A DNA stretch of 63,228 bases, filler included, from Choristocarpus tenellus KU-1152 (GCA_964200185.2; 10 parts of 10 records of this genome joined end to end with filler, not necessarily neighbours in it), one strand, 5' to 3'; counted from the first letter of the whole stretch, positions 27,950 to 41,049 are shown. Numbers and translations: made by a program. Notes: generated by a model not told the origin, from the sequence alone.

Positions 27950-28130
27950 TGGATTTTAAAAATTGAGGATGGAGCGGGGCTATGAGGATGGTTGTTCTGC
28001 AAAAACGGTCTTGAAAAAGTACCGAAATGTTTTTTTTGCAAATGTTTTTGCACTTGGAAGGGCCCGGGATATGTCCTTTTTTTTAATGTTTCGGCACTTT
28101 TTATGGGTCCGGATATGTTTTTGTTCAAAT
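27950..28130. repeat. Dispersed repeat (second copy 49872-49933)
   Basis: ggattt(t/c)aaaattg(a/g)ggatggagcggg(g/a)cta(t/c)gaggatggttgtt(c/t)tgc(a/g)aaaacggtct is shared by two contigs. Confidence 0.8.
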
Positions 28131-28526
28131 ATTACCGTACTTTTTGTAGAGGGCATCGCTACGATTTGGAAGCTAATGAATGTATGCCACCAAATCAATT
28201 CTATTCCGTGAATGGCTAATCAAACTAATCTGAAATTACTTCCCACAATGCTTNNNNNNNNNNNNNNNNNNNNNNNNNNNNNNNNNNNNNNNNNNNNTTA
28301 ATTAATTAANNNNNNNNNNNNNNNNNNNNNNNNNNNNNNNNNNNNNNNNNNNNGCGTTGTATTAAGGTCGTTGGATTTGAGTTGTACATCCTGGAAAGGT
28401 GAGCATTGAGGGGCGCCTGTAACATATTATCAACTCACTACTGGGAAGTGGGATACTTGCCCAGAGAGAACTCCAGATCAAGGTCCTTGGAATGGTCAGC
28501 ACAAATTATCTACCCCTATGCACACA

Positions 28527-30718
28527 CCTAAATCCTTGTGGAGCTCTTTGTTCTGGACTTCCATATCCTTGCTGCGTTGCTGCCAGTGACCACGCTCTGT
28601 CTCAGCCACAACTAGTAGGAGTTCCAGCTCTTTTGATTTGTTTCGAAGTGACCTAGTTGTTTGATGAAGATATCTGTTTTCTCTCCGGAGCACTTCAAGC
28701 TCCTGATCATTGAATCGAAACCCGACGCAAGAGAGGGTAGGGGGATGGAGGAGAGGAAGTCTTGTCACATCCTGCTTTGTATTCTCGTTGACCAAGAACG
28801 CCCACAATGCAAAGGGGATAGGGTGACATACTGCAAATGAGAAGGACAGGCACTGAATCGAGCTCTTCAGCATATACATATCCAGCTCAGCTTCTGCACC
28901 CACATCCCTGATCATGGATTCTCGACAAGGGTTGCAATACCAGTTGTGAAAATTTCCGTCATGAGCAGAAGTACACCAATGCAGTGCAACCAGAAAGAAG
29001 GAGGATAGTGCGCACAGAGCATCAAATATATAGTATAAAATAGCTATGGTGGCGCTTCATTTGATGAGTTTGGCAGAGTTTCAGTAACCCAGCACCAATA
29101 ACTCATATGAAACCTACACAACCTCTTCCATGATATCCACCGTACGATCATCCCCAACAAATTTTGAATGAAGACATACACGTTTCACATTACCTTCTCA
29201 TCTTGAGAACAAGCGTCAACGGTGGTGATACTATCCTGATACTGGTTCCCCATTTTGCTGTGTGGATATTTTATCCTTTGTGTTATTTATCCTGAGGCAG
29301 GGATGGGACATGGATGGGGTTACTCCGTTATAATACTGAAAGGTCGACAAGGAAATTTCTCGCCGAATCAATTCCTTCTTGTGGTTTTGTCGTTCGCCCT
29401 TACTTCATCATTCGAGGATCCTGCTGCTTCATCTTAGCTGAGTTGGATCGAGCATTTTTCACCTGGCGTTTGTATTCTTGTCGAACACGGAAAGGACAGA
29501 TGATATATTGATGCTAAAAACCACGTAATAAAAACTGTGAAGTATTGGACCTTACATGTATTTGGATTCTAGATTGAAACAAAGTGTTTCCACCTTGTCG
29601 TAAATATGTGAATTACCTGGATTCTACTCTCATACGGCCACTCTCTCCCTATGCCCACAAGTATTTGCAATCGTTGGAAGATTTCTCCTTACCCCAGCAC
29701 TCTCGTTCCCACAAGTAATGGAGCGGGATGGTGCTGAAGCAGTGACAGCGATTGTATCGCGAATAGTGAAACGATGTTGTGGAGGATCTTGTTTTAATGA
29801 TTTGAAGAAAATAACCCCCTACAGCATTGGATTGTTGTTCCTGGAGCAAAGCTTGAGAGCTTTCTACATTTCAAGCGTCATTGACTTTGGATTCAGAGAC
29901 TTTACTTTGGGTGGGGGAGATTCAAGACTTCCCCGTGACTTATTGTTGATCAGGAATGGTAAATTAAAAACATGATCTCACTTGACATAGGAAGGTAGGC
30001 TGCAGTATCAAGTTAAGCTGTCTCGATCAGGTTAGCCCAGCGTAGCAGTCAAAATTACCCTCTATCCACGATGGCCCTCGACCTGCCCAGACTTCGCGTA
30101 CACGATCTACCCAGGAGTGAAGTTGGGTGCTTTGGAGCGGTCAGCACTGTAAAAAGCAATTGTAGGAATGAGGTGTTGTGGCAGTGTTAGTGATGGAACC
30201 ACAACAATTACACGGCGTACAACAGAAACTGTTTTTTTACTCGTGTCACTATACGTTTCAACGTACTATACGATGTGCTCCTTGTGAACGCGAGTAATAT
30301 TAATATAAATACTACATAATATATTAAAATATTTCCAACCATAATATGATTTGATTGACGTCTTCCATCCTGGACCTCTCTCAAAAGTAGGTTCTGTCCC
30401 CTACTAAAAAAAAGGGGGCTACACCTGGTGACCTTCGCTGAAGTACTAACTGGACTACCACCTCAACATCTCGTGGAATGAAAATGATGTCGACGCTGTT
30501 GGAGCAGAGGATTGCAAGCGTAACCACTCCGAAGGATCTTTTGACCCTGCTAGTTTTAACCTTAGCAACTTTGCGGTAGAAGGCTTCGGGCGCCTTGGCA
30601 CACAGGTAGAGCTATTTCCAGATGACGTAGCGACGGATGTTGTAGGAAGTACAAGGGTTGAGGGTTTCAGCAGACAGGGAGTCGCAAAGTCAGGGTCAAG
30701 CCAGATTGTTTTACTCAT
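28527..30718 (-). CDS. Partial gene (possibly pseudogene) for a Ser/Pro-rich, coiled-coil protein
   Basis: Coiled-coil exon ~28702-28527 (ELEVLRRENRYLHQTTRSLRNKSKELELLL...KELHKDL) and Ser/Pro-rich ORF 30455-30718. Intervening exon-like blocks contain stops. Confidence 0.4.
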
Positions 30719-31767
30719 TGCTCAAAGGGCTACATCAAAAAGAGTTTCGCACAATAAACTGGAGACTCCAGGTTAGATGGCCTAGGAGAGGCTTGACATA
30801 TAACAGGATTTCCCCCTTAGTTCTCACCTGCCATTGTAGTGTCAGTAGTTGTAGTGCTGTTGCTTTGTGTTGTTTTCGCACCCATTACTTACAAATTGGT
30901 GTATCCGATACGTATAGCAGCCCTTTCTGTGGTTACTGTTGTTGTGTTCTTCACATGATCTTTCATCTTCTTGGTCTCTATTTTGCTATCATGTTTTTTG
31001 CCTTCTTCCCATTACATTTCTTGTTTTTCCGACATGGCAATCCCTACAACGTCTCAGCGGGCAAAAAAATGTACATTAGGAATACTATCCCACAAACATT
31101 TTGAAGAAGTCATGGACGGGAGAGAAATAAACATACAAGGTGATTTCTGTAGTGTTTGTTGTATCGTTTACTATATGCCATTTCCTCTTCTCCAGTCCCT
31201 ATTGTGTTCAGGTATGCCAGACACCAGGTCGAAGTAATCAAATTTAATGATGATGGATCAGACTGTGCAAAACGTCTGTGACTGCTCTGATTGGTCAGTA
31301 GTATGGACTGTAAAGATGGACACCCTGGTGTAGACTGTTCGATTAGACTCTTCCAACTCTATCGGACAGTTACGGTAATATATNNNNNNNNNNNNNNNNN
31401 NNNNNNNNNNNNNNNNNNNNNNNNNNNTTAATTAATTAANNNNNNNNNNNNNNNNNNNNNNNNNNNNNNNNNNNNNNNNNNNNCTCCTCCTCCACCCCCT
31501 CCCTCGCCGTTGGCGGGTCCGTACGAGACGCCACCCCCCCCCCCCCCCCCCCCCCTCCCCAACCTTTTTGGATGGTTTTACTGGAGCACACACCACAAGA
31601 CAACTAGTGTTTTTTACTCTTAAAACAAACTGGTTGCTTGAACTCAGCCCCCCTATGAGACACACCAAGGTACACTCTATTTTGTCCTTCCTTACTGTTT
31701 CGGCCGTTGTCCCTAACCCTAACTCCTAAACCCCTCTCTGTGTGAAAAATAAATAAATACCATGCAG

Positions 31768-33966
31768 CACTACTTCGACCACTGCTACTGCTACTGCTGC
31801 CGCCGCCGCCGCCGCCGCCGCCGCTGCCGCTGCCGCTGCCGCTGCCGCTGCCCGACCAATGGGAATGTTCGGATCACCCTTTGGCAATTTCACACCTGTG
31901 AATGGGATTGTGCTCCCTGGCATGCCACACCAGGGCCATGCCAGCAATGCCCAGCCTGGAGGCATGTCTGGCCCTGCGAGCGGGGTGCCTAGGCTCCGTA
32001 GTGAAATGCTTCGGTCGCCAGAGCTGACCTTGGCCACCTCGGGGGGGCTTAGGTAGGCTGCGTTGGGTTTTTTTGTTATTGTTGTGCATGTTTCTTGGTT
32101 TGTTCTGTGATATATATATATATATATTGAGAGAGGGGGAGACAGGGAGTTTAGGGGTGGTTTCCTTAATCTTTTGGTGTTTATTTATGTGTTAAGCCAT
32201 TATTACGCTCTTTGAACCCTAAATTTGTTTATTTATTTACTTTAGTTTTGTGCATAGGTATGTTTGTGTTTTCTCTGTGTGTGTAGTGCACTGTGAGTTA
32301 TTCACAAGTGAAATAGTTTAGATAGAAAACAAGAATAAAAAATTGAGATCGTTTGCTCCCCATCCTAAGAAGAACCCCCATTTGTCTATACACATGCAGT
32401 GGAAGTAGTGTGAGAACTAGGTCTTCTTGGAACACTTTCAAAACACTGCTCCCCTCTGTTCCCGCCCTAACCCTAGCCCTAATGACATAATTTGAAGCGT
32501 CCCTACCATCACCACACGAGTAAGTCGGTGCCTTCTAGCTCTATACCTAACTACACAATCCTCATGTATTGATTGCGATGGCTCTTATGTCTAACTCCAC
32601 TATCCTCATGTATTGATTGCGATGGCTCTTATGTCTAACTCCACAATCCTCATGTATTGATTGCGATGGCTCTTATGTCTAACTCCACAATCCTCATGTA
32701 TTGATTGCGATGGCTCTATATCTAACTACACAATCCTCGTGTGTTGATTGTAATGGCTCTAACTCCACTATCCTCATGTGTTGATTGTAATGGCTCTAAC
32801 TCCACTATCCTCATGTGTTGATTGTAATGGCTCTCTCTCTCTCTCTCTCTTTGTCGATCTGTCTTGAAGTACCACTGATGAACGTCAGCTGAAGGCTGTC
32901 ATGGAGTTCAGGAAGGCGTACAGCGCTCAGTCCTTGGAGGGCTCTAGTATACCGAAGGTGAACTGACTTTTCTTGTTATTTTTATTGTCAAGGCGTGTTA
33001 TACCCCAAGCCCCTTTATTTTCTTTGGAGGTGCATGCAGGAGGCAGCTTAAAAAAAAAAACGCTGCCTTGATTTGATGTATTGGTTGTACGTTCTAACCC
33101 TAACCCTAACAGGTGGTTGCTGTTGTTTGTGTAAAGAAAAATTAAGAAGCAGTGCTGCATGGTATTTAAAGGGGATAGTCTCCCTCCTCGATCACTCTCT
33201 CTTGGACAGGATTGCCACAGTGGTATTTTGTCTCGGAGGCTTTGGTCCTTTGGTGAGGCTGACTGTGTCCATTAGGCTTTCCTACCTGATCTGTATAGAG
33301 TACTGGAACGATGATCTGGCATTTTTGGTGTTGATGTTTGATGTTTGATGTTTGATGCACAGCGCTTACCCCTGGTAGTTGGCTTGGTGTCCCAAGTGCC
33401 TCCCCCTCCCCGCTCCCTTTTTTACTGTAGGTGTCTGGGATGATGTGTACGGTGTTTTTGAGTGATCGCATCTGGTTCCTGTTCTCTTTTTTTTTCTTTA
33501 TGTTCCCCTCCTTCCCGACTTCACGAGACCCGACACTTGAGTTCAATATTCTATGGGGTATTTTGTTAGAATTTCTTATGCAGAGTTTTTGTGATACATA
33601 AGCACATAGTATGTTTTTTGTTTTGGTAATGGTACGCAGGTAGATGGATGGATGGATGGATGGATGGATGATTGGATGGTTAGATGCCCAGTCCCTCGTT
33701 GATACACGGAGCTGGCACCCACTTCCCCCTTCACACAACTGCAATTCGATGATGCACCCTTCTTTTTTAACCAGCCTCCCAAACGCCTGCCCGTTGTTGG
33801 CAACACCCTGTACGGATGTACCCCCCCGGTGGTGCAGGACCCGTTCACGCTGTTTGCTGTATGGTTTGAAGAGGCACGGATTGCCAGGGTCAGTGAGGCA
33901 GGGGCAATGTGCCTCTCCACTGTGGGACCTGCTGGGCGCCCCAGTGCTCGCTATGTGATGTTGCAG
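31768..33966 (+). CDS. Pyridoxamine/pyridoxine 5'-phosphate oxidase (PNPO/PdxH family) with low-complexity N-terminal extension; internal fragment
   Basis: In-phase exons 31768-32052 (poly-Ala, Gly/Pro-rich), 32870-32957 (..MEFRKAYSAQSLEGSSIPK) and 33838-33966 (DPFTLFAVWFEEARIARVSEAGAMCLSTVGPAGRPSARYVMLQ). These match the PdxH N-terminal pattern R..Y....L.E....DP...F..WF..A...E..AM.L.TV...G.PS.R.V.L. Confidence 0.88.
32540..32835. repeat. ~44/36-bp intronic minisatellite (CTAACTCCACAATCCTCATGTATTGATTGCGATGGCTCTTATGT)
   Basis: About 7 tandem units with no unique spacers. Confidence 0.93.
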
Positions 33967-34989
33967 GCAAGATCCGGTTTCAGTCTATGTGCCCATTAGT
34001 AGTAGTAGTAGTAGTTTTTGGTGTTCCTGTGTGGCTGGCAGGCGTGGTATTGCATGATGTGTTGCATTACGTTTGGTTTGGTGTGTGTAGGTACTTTTTG
34101 TGTATATTGGGAATGATCGTGAATTGGTCATGGGATGCCAGAAGGGAGGGTCAATACACTCGTGAATTTTTATTTTTTAAAACTGGATTGGAGTCGCGGA
34201 GTGTACCGTTTGAATTTCTTTTTGCCTTGACAGTTGTTTTTAACTCTGTTGAACATAGATGATACGATTTGTGCGTTGCGTGGTTGAGATTGAAGTACCT
34301 GGACGCTGATGTGTCATATGGTGACAACGGGAGCCGCCCGCCGCCGCACCCCAGTCGGGGAAGACGAGGACGGGTGGNNNNNNNNNNNNNNNNNNNNNNN
34401 NNNNNNNNNNNNNNNNNNNNNTTAATTAATTAANNNNNNNNNNNNNNNNNNNNNNNNNNNNNNNNNNNNNNNNNNNNGGAAAAAAAGAGGGAGATTGTTT
34501 TTTGATTTGTTATAATATTTTTACGGGGGGGGGAAGTTGTTTTTGTGTTGTGGGGGGGGGGGGGGGGGGAGGCTTCTGTTTCCCTGCCGCCTTTCAGAGT
34601 CAACGACTAAGTCGACGGCATGGAAGATGTCACACATGTCTCATGACATCAAAAGGGAACGGCATGGAAGCCCCGATGTTATGAGGTGGAAATAATAGCC
34701 GGAACTGGCAAGTCCTACGTAACCTTCAAACCACCATCAAGCGACCACACCATACTTTGTCCAAACTAACTCCAACAGAGAGATTAAACGAAAAATAAAT
34801 AAATAATGGATATAGAGCGGCAAGCACGACGACACCTGACTCTGCAAACAAGTCAAATGATCCAAAAAAATTATAACAGGAAAGAAAAAAATTACCCAAT
34901 CACAATATTAAACATGTACAACAATAAACGCTCAGCGATTAGGGTAAGGGCAGGAGAGTTCAAGATCCAAATTTTGGCATGGGACGTAC

Positions 34990-35127
34990 ATCGATTGACC
35001 TGAACAACGCAAATGCAAATGTCTTGTCTGCTCCCATGGTCATACGAGCGATGGGGTTGCCGGGCCCCATGGTGAGACCAAGCTGCTGCATTGCTGTTCC
35101 AATGAACTCCTGTCATTCCGTGCGTAT

Positions 35128-35162
<35 letters not shown>

Positions 35163-37341
35163 TGTGTGTGTGTGACTATGTGTTTTATCAACACAAAAGA
35201 GAGTGCATCATCTTGTCTTGGACAGGTGTCCTACTCTAGAACCTTGCGGCTTAAGCACTGTTTGTGCCCCACTAAAACACGCCTCCATAATTAAGCAATA
35301 TCCATATAGAGACAACATACGCACACAAGAATTTCAGCAACAATCGACACAAAAGAGCCATTTCGTACTAAGAGGAAAGAACACAAGTCAGCTGTTACAC
35401 CCAGGGAGCAAAGAGATCAATAATATTAATAATGATACAATAGTGATGTTACGTACTTTGCAAAGGAGATGAAATACAGAGAACTCTTAGAACCAAGCAA
35501 AGCATTTTCCTTAATATATAGACTTGAGGGGGAGCTCCAGAAGACTGTCCTTGGATAGACTGCAATATGCACGGTAGGGTTACACAAAAGATACAAAGAA
35601 GATACAAAGAACACACAGCTGGTCCAAAAGATCAACCACCACAAAGAAGCAAAAACACAACTGGTACACTTGTGAAGACCAAAATAACTACATCCGGTCT
35701 AACCCTAACCCTAACCCTAACCATAAACAGATGGCTGAATCTTTAGCAAATGCACATCCCTAATTACATCAACACACATCCCGTTCATTCACAACTTGCC
35801 CCCATTCCCTCACCCACCCTAAGTCTACACATCACATTCCATCCCTGACACGCACACCAACATACGGAAAACAATTATACCCCCCCCCTCCCTCCCTTCT
35901 TCACACAGCTTTCTGATTCCCTCCCCTCCCTGCCTCCCGACAGTACTCTGCATATCCCTACCTGCAGCTGAGGGCCTGTAACACCCTGAGGTAGGCTGCC
36001 AATATGAAGCTCACGTGCCACCTTGTTGGCTGCTGCTGCAGCAGCTGATGCTGCAGCTGCTGCAACATCTACTCCCACTGAAGGGACGACCCCTTGACCT
36101 CCGGCCTCCAGTCCTAGCCCAGGCACCGTGCTACCAGCCAGGGCAGCAGCCAAGGGCCCCAGGGCGCCCGGAGCAATGTTTGCCTGCTGTGGTTCTTTTA
36201 GTGGTTCTCCATTGCCTGCCTCTGCGTCCGCTTGCGCCTTCAGTGCAGGTCATTGTAGAGGAGACAATGGAGGGTTATGATCAGAGGGGGCTGCACTACT
36301 TTGTGATGGGGGAGTGATGGGTCTAATACCTTGCTGCATTGTTGCACATGAATTTTACCAACTCAACATCGCACAAGAAAACAACCGACTATTTGCTCTA
36401 GGGGGTTACATGTCATGGGAAGCAGATAAAGGGGGAGACGGGGCCATGGGCGACATCCTCACGTTACTTGACTCTTGCACAGGTTGAGATCAAGCAAAAG
36501 TTCTTTATGCGGCAAAGCAGGATAAAAGAAGCAAGCAAGCAAAGCACACAAAAAAGGGGTTACCTTTGCCATCAAATCAGCAAGGAAGAGACAACTCCAA
36601 TCACAGATTTGTTTCTTAGCCAACAAGGTGAGTGAGTGACAGTCAACAACTAAGAAAGCCTCCTAAGCAACTTGAGAGAAAGAAAAAAGCAAAAAAAAAG
36701 GTCAAGGTAAAGTGGAAAAGGAAGGGAGGGGGGGGGGGGGGGAAATGGGCAAGAAGAATTTATGAAAAAAACAAGGTGCACGTCAGCGTTCCAGCCCTAA
36801 CCCTAAACTAACCCTAACAAAAAAGGGGCACCAAAGTCAACAAAGATTTGTATGAAGTCGAATTTCAACCCAAGCCCAAGCCCAAGCCCCCCCCAAAAAA
36901 CAAACCCGAAGAAAGGTGAGCTTCTGGAAGGCGTCTGGGATGCTGATCCCAGGGTTCTCTCGAATCACCCTCTCCAGTGTAACCGGGGGCTTTTTCTTCT
37001 CTTCCCCTTCCTTCTCCGTCTTATCCTTACCCTCGCCCTCCACCTCCCCCTCCTTCACTTTACCCTTCTCTCTTTCCTTGCCCTTCCCTTTATCCTCCTC
37101 GCCTCCATCCTCATCCCTCCCACGGCGGCCCCTGGAGCGCGATCGACTCATTGAATCTCCCCCCCGCCTCCTACTGGAAGTGTCTCTAGTCCAGGAACTG
37201 TGGCGGTGGCCCCTGCGCCGACCACTGCGGTCGCCACTCCTACTGCGGGATACTGAGCTGGTACGACGGGTGTGACGCCGTCGGTGGTCCCTACTGGGAC
37301 TGCGGGACGACCGGTTTCGGCGGCGCTTCACATCGCGCTCC
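34990..37341 (-). CDS. U2AF large subunit (U2AF65)-like RS/RRM splicing factor; internal fragment
   Basis: In-phase exons 37341-36906 (RS domain plus charged linker), 36237-35962 (..NKVARELHIGSLPQGVTGPQLQ) and 35109-34990 (EFIGTAMQQLGLTMGPGNPIARMTMGADKTFAFALFRSID). These match U2AF65 RRM1 (ARRLYVGNIP..DFFN..M...GL...PGNPV......KNFAFLEFRSVDE). Confidence 0.85.
35132..35174. repeat. (GA)n(GT)n microsatellite just upstream of a U2AF65-like acceptor (reads CA/CT on the sense strand)
   Basis: Directly visible. Confidence 0.9.
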
Positions 37342-37933
37342 CTGCACTCCCAGCATCACCAAAAGGCACCAAAAAGGCAGGTCACAATAGGGGAAAAAAC
37401 AAGAAGTAAAAAAAGAACATTTTTTGTGGAGGCGGACAGGGGAGGTGGGGGAGGGGGGGGGGGAGGTGTTAAATTTGGTTCAATTAACAGTTACCCGCTG
37501 GGTGCACCCTTTGCGCCCTTGAAAAGATTAACAACCCNNNNNNNNNNNNNNNNNNNNNNNNNNNNNNNNNNNNNNNNNNNNTTAATTAATTAANNNNNNN
37601 NNNNNNNNNNNNNNNNNNNNNNNNNNNNNNNNNNNNNCCCCCCACCCTTTGTCCTCTGACAAGTACAGCTTTCGTTTGTTGCCTCTAATGCTCTGTTTTA
37701 ATGGTTGGCGCAGGTGTCTGTGATGTGGATATTATCGGCCATGAAACTTGGCAGTCTTTTCCACTTGAAGCAGGCTGAGGCAGAGAAGGCAGCAGCAGCG
37801 TAGGAATGGGTGCTATGGGTGCCTGTAGCCAACTCTGTAGCGTACTGTGTAGTGTATTGCAAGAGGGCTTGCTAGTCACCTGTATCTTGTCAGTCCTGAC
37901 TTCTGTAGCGCAGAGAGCTATCGACTTCGTTTT

Positions 37934-37936
<3 letters not shown>

Positions 37937-37992
<56 letters not shown>
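37937..37992. repeat. (CT)n microsatellite
   Basis: Directly visible. Confidence 0.95.
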
Positions 37993-37996
<4 letters not shown>

Positions 37997-40900
37997 CCCC
38001 CCCTCTCTCCTCTGTTAATTAACAACTTAATTAACAACCATGTTGGGATATTGGTCGGGGCGGTGAGATAAGAATTACTGAAGGGGATTAGCAAGGTCAG
38101 TAGATATTCAAACGTAGGACTGGCTTGCAGTGTTGATGATGGTGAAATGATTTCCTCAATACTATGGTGGTAGAGATACAGGCCCATTGACAGCCTGAGG
38201 TTTACCCCCCCACCTCCTCACCCCCCCCTCCCCATCCTTTTTTTAAATGGATCCTCTCCTAGATCCCCCCCCTACCAAAATGCTTACCTCCAACACCAAC
38301 TCAAATCATCTTTTTTTTGACAAGTTGTGAGTGCCTGCCAGGAGAGGTCTATTTGAGTTGTTCAGCAGGTGTGAGGGCACCACCAGTGCCCCCCCGACCC
38401 CCCCGACCCCCAATTTTTTGCCCTGCAGTGGAACTTGCTATTTTTGCAATGGATGGATCGCTTGCAGGGGTGTTTTTTTGTTGTTGAAGATTTCGGTTCA
38501 GTTCTAACTGGGAAGATGCAGTAGGTAGAGTGTAGTCTGGTGACTCAATGACTCTTGCATAGAATCCTGTGGTGTTTTTTTAGGTTGATAGGACTTCCGC
38601 CAATACACCCACTAAGTCTCTGCGTGCAACCATGGTACGAGTATGTTTCGATGGTGTTCGTTTTTTGTGTGTATGTGTGAGTGTGTGTGTGTGCGTGTGG
38701 AGTGTAATGGGATGGTGACCTATTCTCTTGTGGAGGGTATGCAGCAGGTTATATCAACACAGATCATGTACTTCAATGCTTCTTACGGCATTGCTGTTGG
38801 AAACGTATCTATGCAGATCAAGGGAAATCTACGCAAACTTCGTTTTTATCGTCATGATGAATCCATACAAGAGCTGTTGAGTTGTTTTTGTGGGGTTAGA
38901 AACTGTCTTCGAAATGTTAATGCACTTGCTTGGTGAAAGGGAGCAGCTGCCAGGTAACAATGGTTAAGTCAGGAGAGGATCAATATCGTACATACAAACA
39001 GCACATATGTTACACGTACATACTGCTCACTACAAGCGATGGATACTACAAGAGTCGGAATATATAAAGGAGACAATTTAAAGGCATCTGTGTTCAAAAA
39101 TTGAATTCTTTCGGTTATATTATTTCTCTTCCATTCTCGGTAGTTGTACTCCAATAATAGTAGTCGTAGTTAAAGAAGAGCTAGTTGTTTTGTGTGAGTG
39201 TCAACAATGCACATTTGAAGTCGCTTTGACATGCTCGTCTGGCGTACCCTTTGTTCATTAATTTGAAATGACCCCAGTGAAAGCAACTGACAATCGAGGC
39301 TCTACAGCTCGTTCTCCTTGCCTCTGTGGAACACACATCCCTTGGTATCCTCCACTACATCACCGAGAAAATTTTATTTTGTAGATCTTTTGGGTGGCAC
39401 GTAACAGAGTAAACTTGGCAAAGCCGTGCTGTTTGCCCTGTACGGTGGTCACACCCTTAATATGGGATCCTCTTTTTCCCCAAGATGGTTCAACTGGTCA
39501 ACGAGGACTTAGTATGGGGCACAGGCTGCACTTTGCGTTCTCCACAATGAAGCTGTTGCACACATCCCATCCAAGTGCATCGATAAGCTTTCTCCACAGG
39601 TAGAGACATAGCTCCCGTGAATGCCCCCAGGAGCCATCGTGCCGCTGCAGGTGTGTGACTCGGGTTCTTGGGAAGGCTGTGCTTGCTCCAGACATTTACA
39701 AAGGAGTGTAGTTATTAATAGGTTTGAATGTATGATGTTGCCTCCATTACCTTTGGAGGTTCGAATCTCTTCAACGCAAAATTATTTTCACGGGAAATAC
39801 GGTTTGGATCTGAAGTTGGTCGCACTTTGTATTGTATACCAAGGTACTCACTGTACTACCTGTCCCTACGATTAGAAAACGTGGGAAACCCAAAAACGAG
39901 GTGGCAAGTCTTCATTATCAAGAGTCACAAATATATGAGGAAATCACAAACTTCATTTTAGGACGGAATTTGACGTTGTATCTCTCACCCGTTCACTGTT
40001 CCTACAATATATTTTTCAATTTTTTGTTGTAGAGTACCAGGTTCTGTCGAAGAAATCTCGGCTTCAAACCCAATCCAGGTTAGATTTTTTCTTCGAAGAA
40101 GATTTGTTTCGCATTGGACAACATGGTAAGCTAACAATGGCACTCAAAACCTGTCCGTACTCTGCTGTCTCTTGCTAAACCACAACAAAGGAACCCACAA
40201 AAAAACCTGAATCGTGGTGCCATGGTCTCATTCATTGGAACCAGGCAAGTACTTACTGCACAAGATTCAAGGGAGGAGCGAAGCGACAAAGGGTGGGATG
40301 GTTGATCCCAATGCCCGAGAAAAATGCAAGGCACGCATGAGCCTGTGCAACAATTTGTGGTTAAATGGTGGTAGTGCTACGTCCGTATCAGGGTACCAAA
40401 TATAAAATTGTTAGGATCATCGGCAGAATGGTGAGACTGTAAAAGAAATTGATGAAGGTACGAGGTATTGAATAATACTGTCAGCAGTGTCGTATGTACG
40501 TGGATGATACACAGTGGTCAAATAGTAAATAGGTTTTGGAGAGATATATTCAACATTTACGACAATTGTTACCTTTACAGGGGTCCTTGTGGTATTGAAT
40601 TGGCTTCCCCTGACACATCTGCAAAATGACAGAGGGCATAATAAAATAATATAGCTTACTTATCTTACATACTCCTTACATAGTCATACCGAACCGCTGA
40701 TTTCCCCAATATCTGGTTGCGGAATCTCCGATTTGGCCTCAAAATCGTCTTCCCGACGATTTTTTGTTACACTTTGGTGCAACTATTATGGTTTGAAAAT
40801 CACAGGACGCCAAAACCACACGATCTCTTCGAAACTCTGCAGGTAGAACTGTTATCAAGAATAAAAAAAGGGTAGGTGTGTCAAACTGGGATGGTTTTAG

Positions 40901-41049
40901 CCCACTCAATTTGTTTGATCGGCAATTAATCGTAACCTGTTAGCCCAATTTTAGTCTGGAACTTCTTCACTACGTCCTTCCTGACCCCTTGACCCTGGTC
41001 AGATGGCAGTGCACACTGCACTATTTCTTTCACGGTGTTGTGTTGTTAA

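Noticed and set aside
32540-32835. CRISPR-like array
   Set aside because: Units are contiguous with no unique spacers, there are no cas genes, and it lies in a eukaryotic intron.
35700-35722. True telomere
   Set aside because: Only 3-4 units, internal to an intron, and one of many interstitial arrays.
37638-40420. Possible exons (e.g. 39498-39695, 40214-40330)
   Set aside because: No phase-consistent model or recognisable motif could be built.
40741-40765. AAAATCGTC-TTCCC-GACGATTTT hairpin as a terminator or Helitron end
   Set aside because: It is a single 9-bp stem with no CTRR 3' end and no bacterial context.
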